A DNA stretch of 64,000 nt from an uncultured Clostridia bacterium. Its GTDB lineage: Bacteria > Bacillota > Clostridia > Saccharofermentanales > DTU023. The stretch's first letter is position 1. The number at the start of each line of letters is the position of its first letter. This document shows, piece after piece, positions 45,916 to 55,580 of the stretch. Made by a program: the position numbers and the translations under genes. Location: assembly GCA_946220865.1 (NCBI GenBank), contig CAMJYM010000003.1, forward strand, positions 28,428-92,427, given 5' to 3'. The notes under the pieces were generated by a model that was not told where the DNA came from, made no database searches, and was given only the letters and a program-made list of their open reading frames with translations.

Positions 45916-46737
45916 TTAGCGGCCTTCACTGTAAGCCTGAAAGGCCGAGCTGACCAGCGCAGCAATTTTGGCCGCTCCGCTGCCGTTAGGGTGAATGCCA
46001 TCGTCATGGTCGGCCATGAAAGCCTGATCATCCTTGTAAGGGATCCCAAAAACATCTATGAAGCCACAGCCATAATGCTCCGCAATTGTACGACAGGCCT
46101 TTGCATAGTCCGCTGTCTTAAGCCCTGCCTGGTTGGGTTCTGCGCCTTTGAGCTGGAAATCGAAGTAGTTTTGCGGCGTACTCATGATAAAAATTTTGCA
46201 CTCTGGAAGAGCCGTCTGAAGACGTTCAAGCAGATAGGCATAGGCTCCAAGGAAGCAGTTTTTATCCTTTTCTTCTAGAGGCCGGCTGAGTTCTTCAGCG
46301 CTGCCGATGGGGTAAGCCGAGAAGAAATCATTCGTTCCGCCCATAATGGTGATGATATCAGGCTGATCAGCAATCAGTGCCGAGATACGTTCTTCGCTCC
46401 AGAAGGGATTGAGCCCAGGACCACAGACACAGCTGCCGGAGATGCCATGGTCGCGATGCTCAAGAGGGATAGCCTGCAATACCAGAGGCTGCCAGAAACC
46501 ATGGTCAGTAATTGAGTCACCAAAGCTGTCCCAGCTTTTGCCGCTGAGTTCAACGGGGCCTCTCAGACGCTGTGGCGCAGGAGAAAAATTTTTCCGGGTG
46601 AGTAACATTCCCATCAGTATACTGAATAAAATCAGCGCCAGAGCAAGCAAAACCCACAGGAGCGGATCCCGCTTCAGCAGCCTCGAAGAAGAAGCTTTCT
46701 GTTTTTGAAGTTTTACTTCGTGTTTTGGTTTTTCCAT
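45916..46737 (-). CDS. SGNH/GDSL-family hydrolase, membrane anchored
   Basis: Block I FGDSITDHG, block III GGTNDF and block V DDGIHPN, with an N-terminal TM segment. Confidence 0.8.
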   Translation of the reverse strand: MEKPKHEVKLQKQKASSSRLLKRDPLLWVLLALALILFSILMGMLLTRKNFSPAPQRLRGPVELSGKSWDSFGDSITDHGFWQPLVLQAIPLEHRDHGISGSCVCGPGLNPFWSEERISALIADQPDIITIMGGTNDFFSAYPIGSAEELSRPLEEKDKNCFLGAYAYLLERLQTALPECKIFIMSTPQNYFDFQLKGAEPNQAGLKTADYAKACRTIAEHYGCGFIDVFGIPYKDDQAFMADHDDGIHPNGSGAAKIAALVSSAFQAYSEGR

Positions 46738-46807
46738 ACTTAGATACCAGAACTGAGGAAAAGCTGGCGGGCAGGAAAAAAGCCTGTCTCCTTTTTATCC
46801 TCGCCAC

Positions 46808-48082
46808 TCATGGCTCACAGTAGAATTGAAAGCAGGCCCCCGCGATGGCGTCGGCGAGGCTTTCGCGAACTTCGTTCCTGACCAGAGTTTTCATGTCATT
46901 TTCGCTGCTGGAAAAGCCCAAATCAACTTGAACGGCCGTAACGTTTGAAAAGCGACCTGCAGGCAGGGCTTCCTCGCTGACCGCCTGACGATTTCCCTTG
47001 TAGCTGATCTCGGGAACGAGACTTCGGGCATTGCGTTCAATGAACTCGGCCAGACGCCGCCGTGAAGAGCTGCCGTAGGCCAGATAAGCCGGCTGATCGC
47101 CCGGGCGCTCCTGGCTGAGTTCAGCTGCCCCGGAACTGGCTGCCAGTGAATCACCAAAATAGAGCGCCCGCAAGCCATTTTCTTTGCCTTTGCTCTCACT
47201 CAGACGAAGGGAGAGGAAAAGCACATCTGTGTACTGCCGCTCGACGTCCAGGAGCAGGCGCAGCGCCGGACTTGCTCCATTGGCACTGAATACAGCACTG
47301 ACCGAAGCCTCCTGCGGGTGATTAACCGCCGACATCAGGGTAGGAATCAGGTTTTCTAAATCAGTACAGCGGAATTTTTGTTCCTGTAATTCCTGAACGA
47401 AATGCTGACTGATGTCCGAAGCCAGAACCGCTGCCTGAGACAGATCCCCCTTTTGTTCCGTGCGCGAGCGGGTTGTGATCACCTTGGCTCCAAGCGCCTC
47501 CAGCTTGCTCTGCAGCTGCTCAGAAAAAGCAGGAAGGATCTGAGATTTGGGAATATCCGGTTTTCCGCCCTTCTCCATGCTTTCATCTGTCTCATCGGAT
47601 TTTCCCTCTTCAGCCTGTGTACTGTAGGGAGATAAAGGGAACCCGGTCACAGGATCGGTCGCCGCAGCATCTTCCCTCTTTTTCAGAAGCGCCTCTCCGG
47701 TTTTTCCCGGGACAGGCTGCGCATCCTCCACTTCACTTTCTCCAACATCGAGAAAAATGCTGATGCCTTCCAGCGCTTTTTCATTGCGGCTACGACCTTT
47801 ATAGAGGCTCAGGTCTGCTTTGTGATAATCCGTCACCATGGAAGTATGAGGCCAGGAGAGAATACCGCGATCATTTTTTTTTGCCGCTGCCGTATCGTTC
47901 GCCGCCAGAGGAAGCTCTTCATAGGTCGACAGTTTGGCCATTTTAAGTTCATCTTCATCTTTTACAGTCGCTGCGAGATAAAGGTCGGGGCGAAAACGGC
48001 GCAGTAAAAAGCCTCCTGTGAGCAGCAGAACTGCAAGCAGGAGCAGCAGCTTTAAACTTAAAAACGCTTTACGTTGATTCAT
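46808..48082 (-). CDS. Membrane-anchored protein with a degenerate MurNAc-L-alanine amidase (Amidase_3)-like domain
   Basis: ATG 48082 sits behind GGGGAGAGG. One TM segment. The blocks are collinear with Amidase_3, but the metal and catalytic residues are replaced: ISIFLDVGES for DPGHGG, FLSLRLSES for SIHLNA, and VQVDLGF for IEVGF. Confidence 0.6.
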   Translation of the reverse strand: MNQRKAFLSLKLLLLLAVLLLTGGFLLRRFRPDLYLAATVKDEDELKMAKLSTYEELPLAANDTAAAKKNDRGILSWPHTSMVTDYHKADLSLYKGRSRNEKALEGISIFLDVGESEVEDAQPVPGKTGEALLKKREDAAATDPVTGFPLSPYSTQAEEGKSDETDESMEKGGKPDIPKSQILPAFSEQLQSKLEALGAKVITTRSRTEQKGDLSQAAVLASDISQHFVQELQEQKFRCTDLENLIPTLMSAVNHPQEASVSAVFSANGASPALRLLLDVERQYTDVLFLSLRLSESKGKENGLRALYFGDSLAASSGAAELSQERPGDQPAYLAYGSSSRRRLAEFIERNARSLVPEISYKGNRQAVSEEALPAGRFSNVTAVQVDLGFSSSENDMKTLVRNEVRESLADAIAGACFQFYCEP

Positions 48083-48094
48083 ACCTCTCCCCAA

Positions 48095-49447
48095 TCAGGA
48101 AGCAAACTTACTATTGATCAGATTGGCCAGACCTTCGGCGAGATCCTGAATCTCCTCATGATCCTCGCCTTCAAGCATCACTCGAACAAAAGGTTCTGTG
48201 CCAGAGGGACGGAGCAGGAGTCGACCTTTGTCTCCCAGCTTATCCCGGATGCGCTGTGAAGCTGCGAGCACGTCGGGATCCTGCATACAGCTGCTCTTCT
48301 TATCATCAGGAACCTTGGCATTGATGAGCACCTGAGGCAAGATGCGGATGATCTTGCGGAGTTCTGAAAGCTTCTCATTGCTGCGTTTGATGCTGTGCAG
48401 AAGTTTTAGTGCTGAAAGCTGGCCATCACCCGTTGTAGCATCCTGCAAAAAGATCATATGTCCGGATTGTTCGCCACCCAGGCTGTAATCATATTTCAAC
48501 ATTTCTTCCAGCACATAACGATCGCCGACTTTGGTCTTGAGCAGTTTGATGCCATTTTCCTTCGCAAAAATATCCACAGCGAGATTGCTCATCACGGTGA
48601 CAACCAGGGCATTATCGTGCAGTTCACCGTGTTTTTTCATATCCAGAGCCAGAACCGCCATCATCACGTCGCCATCGACGACTTCGCCTTTGTCGTCCAC
48701 GGCAATGAGACGGTCAGCATCTCCATCAAAGGCCAGTCCGAGATCAAGCTGATTCTTTCTCACCAGCTCCGCCAGATGCTCAATGTGGGTGGAACCCACT
48801 CCACGATTGATGTTCAGACCATCCGGTTCAACCCCTGTAAGCAAAAGGTCAGCGCCAAGTTCACGGAAAATTCGCGGCGCACTCTCAAAGGCCGCTCCAT
48901 TGGCACAGTCCAGACCAATTTTCATGCCCGAGAGGTCAAGTCCAAAATGCTCCAGAAGATTCTGGGCATAGGACCAGGCCAGCTCGTGCCGTTCGCTGCG
49001 GCGGCCGATCTCCTTGCCCACAGGACGCGGGGCCTCGTTCTTGAAGCTCCGGATGCTCGCTTCAATCTCATCTTCAACATCATCAGGACATTTATAGCCT
49101 TCACGGGAAAAGAACTTGATGCCATTATATTCAAAAGGATTATGCGAAGCCGAAATAACCGCTCCTGCGTCACAGCCCAGCGACCTTGTCAGCCAGGCAA
49201 CACCCGGCGTCGAAACGACACCCGCAACGATGGCATCTGCTCCTGCAGAGCAGAGACCCGCAACCAACGCCGACTCAAGCATTTCACCGGAAATACGAGT
49301 ATCCCGTCCGACCAGAACGGTTTTTTTAAGCGGCTTATCCTCCGCCAGCACATGCGCGGCAGCAAAACCCAGCTGGAAGGCCAGATCAGGTGTCAGTTCC
49401 TGGTTCGCCACCCCTCTGACTCCATCGGTTCCGAATAATCTTGCCAT
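48095..49447 (-). CDS. glmM: Phosphoglucosamine mutase
   Basis: MARLFGTDGVRGVAN N-terminus and active-site ISASHNP. Confidence 0.93.
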   Translation of the reverse strand: MARLFGTDGVRGVANQELTPDLAFQLGFAAAHVLAEDKPLKKTVLVGRDTRISGEMLESALVAGLCSAGADAIVAGVVSTPGVAWLTRSLGCDAGAVISASHNPFEYNGIKFFSREGYKCPDDVEDEIEASIRSFKNEAPRPVGKEIGRRSERHELAWSYAQNLLEHFGLDLSGMKIGLDCANGAAFESAPRIFRELGADLLLTGVEPDGLNINRGVGSTHIEHLAELVRKNQLDLGLAFDGDADRLIAVDDKGEVVDGDVMMAVLALDMKKHGELHDNALVVTVMSNLAVDIFAKENGIKLLKTKVGDRYVLEEMLKYDYSLGGEQSGHMIFLQDATTGDGQLSALKLLHSIKRSNEKLSELRKIIRILPQVLINAKVPDDKKSSCMQDPDVLAASQRIRDKLGDKGRLLLRPSGTEPFVRVMLEGEDHEEIQDLAEGLANLINSKFAS

Positions 49448-49504
49448 GCTATTCCTCCTGATACATGATAAAAACTGATATGTGAAAAAAGTGACCTGTA
49501 TTTT

Positions 49505-50803
49505 TTAATTTTCCGGCCGCACGCTGATCAGTACCTGGGCCGGCGATACGCTATCCGCTTTGGTATAGCGCTGACTGCTGGTACGTATTTCTACAGGCAG
49601 GCGCTGGATGCCCTCTTTTTCGACCTTGGCAAGGTCAATATAGGCGCTGATATCGAGATTATTGAGATGAGAGAGCGTCTGCTCCCGGCCCCGCAACGTC
49701 ACACGGATGGTCTCTATGCGGTACTGCGCGGTCAGGCTTTTTTTCTCAAGTTCTTCCTGATTGAGATAGGTGAGCTGGACTTGATAATTCTGACTGCGCA
49801 CGGGATTGACGGTAGTCTGGACGAAAAACCAGAATCCCAGAGCCAGCAGGAAACTCATCGTCATCAGGGCGACGCGCTGCTTGTGTGTCTGAACAATCTG
49901 CACGCCGGTCTTCCGCAGCTGGATCATGGGCAGACGCTTCTTATTCCCTTCTTCCTGAGGAAGCAGCAGGCGGTGCAGTTGCGTGCGCAGGGCGTCATCG
50001 TTATCCAGCATATAGAGACGGCCTTCCAGACAGATGGAAATGGTCCCGCGTTCTTCGGAGACGACAATCGCTACTGTATCGCCGATTTCACTGGCTCCGA
50101 TTGCGGCCCGGTGCCGAGTCCCCAGATCCCTGCGCAGATGATAGTTATCAGAAAGGGGGATATGCACCCGCGCCGCAGCGATACGTCCGCCGCGGACCAG
50201 CACGGCTCCGTCGTGCAAGGGGGAGCCGACATAGAAAATTTGTTTGAGCATGGTGGTGGTAATCGCCGCGTCAACCACAATGGCATTTTCCTGTTCTTCC
50301 AGATCGCCCAGAGGTGTCGAACGCTCAATGACAATCAGCGCACCCGTCCGCTTTTCCGCCATTTCCGAGCAGGCACGCACAATGGATTCAATAATCTGGT
50401 GCGTGTGGCTCGTCTCATAAGCATCCTCTGCCGAAATCATCTTAAAACCGGAACGTCCTACCGTTTCTAAGGCGCGACGAAGTTCCGGCTGAAAAATAAC
50501 CACAAAAGCGATGGCAAAAATGGAGATGGTGCGTGAAAGGAGAAAGCCCAAAGCCGTCAATCCCACGAGATCAGAGATCAGGCCAAGCGCCATAATCAGA
50601 AGAATGCCTTTCAGTAATTGCCAGGCACGAGAATCCCGCAGAAGTTTGAGAATAAAATAAAAAATAAAAGAGAGGACAATAACGTCCACAAAAGCAAAGG
50701 CAATATCTTTGGGGCTGCCTAAAAAGAGCAGGGCCTCCAGCAGACTCTGCCAGATGGCGGAAAAGAATTTGCCGATGCGCGTAAAGATATCCGTTTGCGG
50801 CAT
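49505..50803 (-). CDS. cdaA: Diadenylate cyclase CdaA fused to a TM segment and a single YbbR (CdaR-like) domain
   Basis: Three N-terminal TM segments. DAC motifs HDGAVLV and GTRHRAAIG. After about residue 275 comes a TM segment (VALMTMSFLLALGFWFFV) and a YbbR-type repeat (ISAYIDLAKVEKEGIQRLPVEI...VSPAQVLISV). Confidence 0.8.
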   Translation of the reverse strand: MPQTDIFTRIGKFFSAIWQSLLEALLFLGSPKDIAFAFVDVIVLSFIFYFILKLLRDSRAWQLLKGILLIMALGLISDLVGLTALGFLLSRTISIFAIAFVVIFQPELRRALETVGRSGFKMISAEDAYETSHTHQIIESIVRACSEMAEKRTGALIVIERSTPLGDLEEQENAIVVDAAITTTMLKQIFYVGSPLHDGAVLVRGGRIAAARVHIPLSDNYHLRRDLGTRHRAAIGASEIGDTVAIVVSEERGTISICLEGRLYMLDNDDALRTQLHRLLLPQEEGNKKRLPMIQLRKTGVQIVQTHKQRVALMTMSFLLALGFWFFVQTTVNPVRSQNYQVQLTYLNQEELEKKSLTAQYRIETIRVTLRGREQTLSHLNNLDISAYIDLAKVEKEGIQRLPVEIRTSSQRYTKADSVSPAQVLISVRPEN

Positions 50804-50937
50804 AGCTGCTCCTTTCCCGTATCATTTCGCCACGTTAAGAGGGTTGAGTCTATTATAACGCAAAACGCTTTTCCTGGCAGAAAAAGAGCGGGTCGCAAAG
50901 GACGATACCCGCTCAAAAAATAAGCACTCCGTGAAGC

Positions 50938-52128
50938 TTACCGGCCGCAGGCCTGAGCCAGCAAATCTTTGAAGAGAGGCAGGGCACGACGAATGCGGTC
51001 ATTGGGAACGCAGTAGGAAATGCGCACGTAGTCGGGACAACCAAAGCCATCACCTGGAACGATCAGAACGTTTTTCTCCATGGCCATTTCAGAGAAAGCA
51101 GAACCGTCGCCGTTGGGAGCTTTGACAAAAAGATAGAAAGCCCCGTCCGGGTGCACGCAGCTGTAACCCATCTCGCTCAGACTGCTGTACAGCAGTTGTC
51201 GATTTTCTTCATAAGGCTGCAGATCAGGGCGTTCTTTTATGCAGGTTTCGATCACTCTCTGGGCCAGTGCCGGGGCACAAACATAACCCATGGTTCTGGC
51301 CGCTCCGGAGATGGCCAGATAAATTTCCTTCGCATCTTCGGCTTCAGGCGGTACCAGGGTATAACCAATACGTTCGCCCGGTATCGAGAAGCTTTTAGAC
51401 CAGCTGTAGCAGACAATGCTATTCTTGTATATCGAAGGAATCCAGGGCACTTCAAGCCCGTCATAAGCAAGCTCACGGTACGGTTCATCCGAAATCAGGT
51501 AAATGGGATGGCCGAACTGCCGGCTCTTCTCTTCCAGCAGAGAGGCCAGCGCTTTAAGCTCTTCGCGGGTGTAGATCTTGCCGCCGGGATTATTGGGCGA
51601 ATTGATAATGACCCCCTGCGTCGACTCGTCGACTGCCTGCTTCAGAGCCTCCAGATTGACGCGGAAATCCGCCGCAGCCGGAACATAGTCGAATTTTCCT
51701 CCCTTACTCTCAACAAAGTTACGATATTCAGGAAAAAAAGGCGCCATGGCCAGAATTTTGGACTGATGATTGAGGGTAAGTGCTTTAAAAACTGCGCAGA
51801 GTGAAGCGGCTGCTCCGCAGCTCAGATATAAATCCCCGGGCCCGTAGTGCGTATGATAGCGTTCATTCAGATCATCGGCGATCGCCTGGCGAGCCTCGGG
51901 ACGTCCAGCGCTGACCGTGTAGGTGTGCAGCGCTACGGGGTCGATTTCACGATTCAGCTCCTCCCAGCATTGTGCAACTTTAGAAGGCATGGGGACAGAA
52001 GGGCTGCCCAGAGTAAAATCGAAAACATGATCCGGGCCGAGCTTTTTCGCCTGAATCTGACCATAGTTAAAAAGTTTACGTATAGGTGACGGCTGTGCGC
52101 CCAATTCATACATGCTTTTTGAAAACAT
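50938..52128 (-). CDS. Class I/II PLP-dependent aminotransferase
   Basis: 396 aa from ATG 52128 (AAGGAG Shine-Dalgarno). PLP-lysine context YSWSKSFSIPGERIGY. Confidence 0.85.
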   Translation of the reverse strand: MFSKSMYELGAQPSPIRKLFNYGQIQAKKLGPDHVFDFTLGSPSVPMPSKVAQCWEELNREIDPVALHTYTVSAGRPEARQAIADDLNERYHTHYGPGDLYLSCGAAASLCAVFKALTLNHQSKILAMAPFFPEYRNFVESKGGKFDYVPAAADFRVNLEALKQAVDESTQGVIINSPNNPGGKIYTREELKALASLLEEKSRQFGHPIYLISDEPYRELAYDGLEVPWIPSIYKNSIVCYSWSKSFSIPGERIGYTLVPPEAEDAKEIYLAISGAARTMGYVCAPALAQRVIETCIKERPDLQPYEENRQLLYSSLSEMGYSCVHPDGAFYLFVKAPNGDGSAFSEMAMEKNVLIVPGDGFGCPDYVRISYCVPNDRIRRALPLFKDLLAQACGR

Positions 52129-52239
52129 CAGCGGCTCCTTTGTGAAGCTTTCCCCCTGTCGACACAGAGGTCTGAGACAGGGCGCGGCAGGGTTTATCCC
52201 TCCCCGCACCGTCTGTAAAAAAGAATCAGTTCCGGCGTT

Positions 52240-52827
52240 CTATTGATGCGAAACCAGCTCGCGCCCTTTGCGGAAGGCGAGAAGGTTGATCTCCTTGAAT
52301 TTCGCCGGGACAACCCGTTCAATGACGCCTTCCCATTCGAGTTTTTGCAGAACCGGGAAGGCTTCGACCATTGCACCAAATAGGACGACGTTGGCCACCT
52401 TGGGATTGCCGATTTCCAGGGCCTCTTTCATGGCGTCAAAGGAATAAACTTTGAAGTTGGCCTGCATCGCCTCAAGCAGTCCCTGGGGATATTCGACCTT
52501 GCCGCTGGCCACGGGCAGCGGCACAATTTCCAGATTGTTAATGACCGCCACACCGTCCGGTTTGAGAAACTGACTGTTGCGGACCGCCTCCATTTTTTCG
52601 AAAGCTACGAGAACATCGGCTTCACCCGGCCCGATAATGGGGGAGTCAACTTGCTCGCCATAGCGAACCTGCGTGGAAACGCTGCCGCCGCGCTGAGCCA
52701 TCCCATGGATTTCACTCATCTTGACATCGTAGCCACCAGCCAGGAGCCCCTCCGTCAGGATCTTTGAAACCAGAATGGTTCCTTGTCCGCCAACTCCGGA
52801 AAGAAGAATACTGTGTACGTTTGCCAT
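52240..52827 (-). CDS. iorB: Indolepyruvate:ferredoxin oxidoreductase beta subunit
   Basis: 195 aa from ATG 52827. SGVGGQGTILVSKIL motif. Starts 4 nt after the iorA stop. Confidence 0.85.
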   Translation of the reverse strand: MANVHSILLSGVGGQGTILVSKILTEGLLAGGYDVKMSEIHGMAQRGGSVSTQVRYGEQVDSPIIGPGEADVLVAFEKMEAVRNSQFLKPDGVAVINNLEIVPLPVASGKVEYPQGLLEAMQANFKVYSFDAMKEALEIGNPKVANVVLFGAMVEAFPVLQKLEWEGVIERVVPAKFKEINLLAFRKGRELVSHQ

Positions 52828-52831
52828 AGGA

Positions 52832-54601
52832 TTAAGCCTCGACTTTCTTGATTGCCTGAACCGGACAAACCTGAGCACAGACTTCGCAGCCTACGCAGAG
52901 GGTTGCATCAATATTGGATTTTCCGTCTTTCATAAAGATGGCCGGGCAGCCTACTCTCAGACAGCTCTTGCAGCCGATGCAGGTGTCGCGGTCGACCTTA
53001 CACAGTCCCCTGTCATGCTTGATGCCCTTGATGAGCAGGCAGGGACGGCGTGTGATGATGGCCGGACGGCGACCCTCTTTAAGGAAGGCCACGGCATCAT
53101 CAATGGTTTTTTTCATGGCTTTCAGATCCTGCGGATCAACCACAAGAACGTCCGTAAAGCCAATGGCCTGAAGCAGTTTTTCGATGTCAATTCTGGCGGC
53201 TACTTCCCCGAAGAGATTCTTGCCCGTCCCGGGGTTGTCCTGCTGGCCCGTCATACTGGTGATGCTGTTATCCAGAATACAGGGAATCACACGGCCATCG
53301 TTATACATGATTTCGACTGCACCGGTAATGCCGCTGTGGAAGAAGGTCGAATCACCGATGACACCAAACACGACATACTGATCTTTGCGGCCGGAAAGCT
53401 CAAAAGCTTTGGCGTAACCGTGGCCTGCGGAGAGCGAAGCGCCCATGCAGATGACGCTGTCCATAGCATTCATGGGGTCGGCGCTGCCCAGGGTGTAACA
53501 GCCAATATCGCCTGAAATGACCGCATCTTTGCGACGCGAGAGCGTATAGAAGAAGCCGCGGTGAGGGCAGCCCGGGCAAAGCGCAGGCGGCCGTGCCACA
53601 ATCGGCGTGTTGAGTTCCTTGCGTTCCGCTCTGATGCCAAAGATACATTCGCGGACAATTTCCGTATTAAGCTCATGGCAGACAGGCAGTTTTTCCTTGC
53701 CGATGCAGGCGATGCCCATAGCTTTGATATGCATTTCCAGGAAGGGATCCAGCTCTTCGACGACATAGAGGGTTTCCACCGAAGCGGCAAAGTCCCGGAT
53801 CAGTTTTTCCGGCAGCGGCCAGGTCATGCCGAGTTTCAGGAAAGAAGTCCCCTCCGGGAATGCCTCATGAGCATAGTGATAGGCAACGCCGCTGCTGATC
53901 ACGCCAATCTTGCCGTCCCCCCTGATGACTTCATTGAGATCGGATTGATCGTTATATTCCGCCATGGCTTTCAGGCGTTCTTCAAGTTTCGGGTGATGAA
54001 CAAAGGCATTGGCCGGACTGGCAATGAATTTTTTAACCTGACGGCTGTAGGCACGGGCCTCATGTTCTTCGCGCTCGCCCAGCTCCACGACGCCCTTGGA
54101 GTGGCAGACACGTGTGGTCATGCGAAAAATGACCGGTGTATCAAATTTTTCCGAAATCTCGTAGGCCTTTTTAATGTAATCTTTGCAGTTTTGCGAATTG
54201 GCCGGTTCCACCATAGGAAGCTTCGCCGCTTCAGCATAATGGCGGTTATCCTGTTCATTCTGGGAGGAGAACATGCTTGGATCATCCGCAGAAATAATCA
54301 CCAGGCCAGCACCAACGCCGTTGTAGGCGGAAGTAAAAATCGGATCGGCCGCAACGTTTACACCGACATGCTTCATGGCTGCGAGAGCGCGAACCCCTGC
54401 AATAGAAGCCCCATAAGCCGCTTCAACCGCAACTTTTTCATTGGGGGCCCACTCTGCGTTCACTTGGTGCCCGTAATTCGCATTGGGAAAAGCCTCAAAA
54501 ATCTCAGTGCTTGGCGTTCCAGGATAAGCACTGCCAAAGACGACGCCAGCTTCCCAGGCGCCACGGGCCACGGCTTCATTGCCGCTCATCAGTTGTTTCA
54601 T
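52832..54601 (-). CDS. iorA: Indolepyruvate:ferredoxin oxidoreductase alpha subunit
   Basis: 589 aa from ATG 54601 (GAGGAGG Shine-Dalgarno). N-terminus MSGNEAVARGAWEAGVVFGSAYPGTPSTEI, a TPP region and a C-terminal 2x[4Fe-4S] motif (CIGCKSC...CVGCEVC). Confidence 0.88.
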   Translation of the reverse strand: MKQLMSGNEAVARGAWEAGVVFGSAYPGTPSTEIFEAFPNANYGHQVNAEWAPNEKVAVEAAYGASIAGVRALAAMKHVGVNVAADPIFTSAYNGVGAGLVIISADDPSMFSSQNEQDNRHYAEAAKLPMVEPANSQNCKDYIKKAYEISEKFDTPVIFRMTTRVCHSKGVVELGEREEHEARAYSRQVKKFIASPANAFVHHPKLEERLKAMAEYNDQSDLNEVIRGDGKIGVISSGVAYHYAHEAFPEGTSFLKLGMTWPLPEKLIRDFAASVETLYVVEELDPFLEMHIKAMGIACIGKEKLPVCHELNTEIVRECIFGIRAERKELNTPIVARPPALCPGCPHRGFFYTLSRRKDAVISGDIGCYTLGSADPMNAMDSVICMGASLSAGHGYAKAFELSGRKDQYVVFGVIGDSTFFHSGITGAVEIMYNDGRVIPCILDNSITSMTGQQDNPGTGKNLFGEVAARIDIEKLLQAIGFTDVLVVDPQDLKAMKKTIDDAVAFLKEGRRPAIITRRPCLLIKGIKHDRGLCKVDRDTCIGCKSCLRVGCPAIFMKDGKSNIDATLCVGCEVCAQVCPVQAIKKVEA

Positions 54602-54668
54602 TTTTTCCTCCTCTTGCCACAATCGGCTGGCCCTCATTGAGGGCACTCTTCTCAACAGATAAACGGGG

Positions 54669-55580
54669 CTAAAATTTTCCACTTCTGGCTGCCACGGCGG
54701 CCAGAGCAATGGAATTCAGTTTAGCCTCACTGGGGTCAGCTCGAGAAACCAGCAACACCGGAGCGTTTGCTCCGAGAATAATACCGCCGTTCATGGCCTG
54801 GCCAAAAAGGCTCATAGTTTTGCCGAAGGCATTGCCCACCTGATAATCCGGGACCAAAACAATATCAGCCTCTCCGGCTCCTTTTGCCTCATAATGCTTG
54901 TGCACACAAGCTTCGCGGCTGAGCGCAAGATCTAGGCCAACCGGACCGTACACATTCATCCCGAAAGTCTGCCAATGCTCTTTCATCGCAGCGATGGCTT
55001 CCGCATCTACCATATCCGGCTGTCTCGGATCCACCTTTTCGGCTCCACAGAGCAGGGCGGCGTTGATCTCTTCATAGCCCAGCGCCTGCATCAGTCTGGC
55101 CGCATTCTCCAGAATACCGACCTTCTGTTCGCGGGAAGGAAAAGTCAGCATTCCTCCATCTGTATTGTTGATAAATTTCGGGTAGGACGGCAATTCATAA
55201 AGCATACAGTGAGAAATGAGCTTTCCGCTGCGCAGGCCATATTCTTTATTAAGCACAGCATGCATGAGCTGAGCTGTTCCCAGAAAACCTTTAAGCAGCG
55301 CTCCGGCTTCTCCATCATGAACCAGCCGCACCGCATGTGCCGCCGCTTCTTCCGAGCTCTTTTCATCGATGATGCGAAAGTCCTGCGGCTGCCCTCCTGC
55401 CTGCTCAAGCAAGCTGCGAATCTTTTCCTCATTCCCCACAAGGATGGCCTCAGCAAGACCTTGCTCACGCGCCTGGATCACAGCGTCAATGACTGCTTCA
55501 TCCTGAGCCGCGGCCACGGCAATAGCCAGGCCACCAGCTGCAACGGCCGCTTTTCTTAAAGCAGCAAAGTTTTGAATCAT
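54669..55580 (-). CDS. ptb: Phosphate butyryltransferase / phosphotransacylase family
   Basis: 303 aa from ATG 55580 (AAGGAGAG Shine-Dalgarno). Ptb-like pattern AVAAAQDEAVIDAVIQAREQGLAEAILVG...LVSRADP. Confidence 0.8.
   Translation of the reverse strand: MIQNFAALRKAAVAAGGLAIAVAAAQDEAVIDAVIQAREQGLAEAILVGNEEKIRSLLEQAGGQPQDFRIIDEKSSEEAAAHAVRLVHDGEAGALLKGFLGTAQLMHAVLNKEYGLRSGKLISHCMLYELPSYPKFINNTDGGMLTFPSREQKVGILENAARLMQALGYEEINAALLCGAEKVDPRQPDMVDAEAIAAMKEHWQTFGMNVYGPVGLDLALSREACVHKHYEAKGAGEADIVLVPDYQVGNAFGKTMSLFGQAMNGGIILGANAPVLLVSRADPSEAKLNSIALAAVAARSGKF

Noticed and set aside
47874-47882. A9/T9 homopolymer inside the pseudo-amidase CDS (encodes KKN).
   Set aside because: Runs of 9 A/T are common in coding DNA of this composition and encode ordinary Lys codons. 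The evidence for phase variation is far weaker than for the C12 tract.
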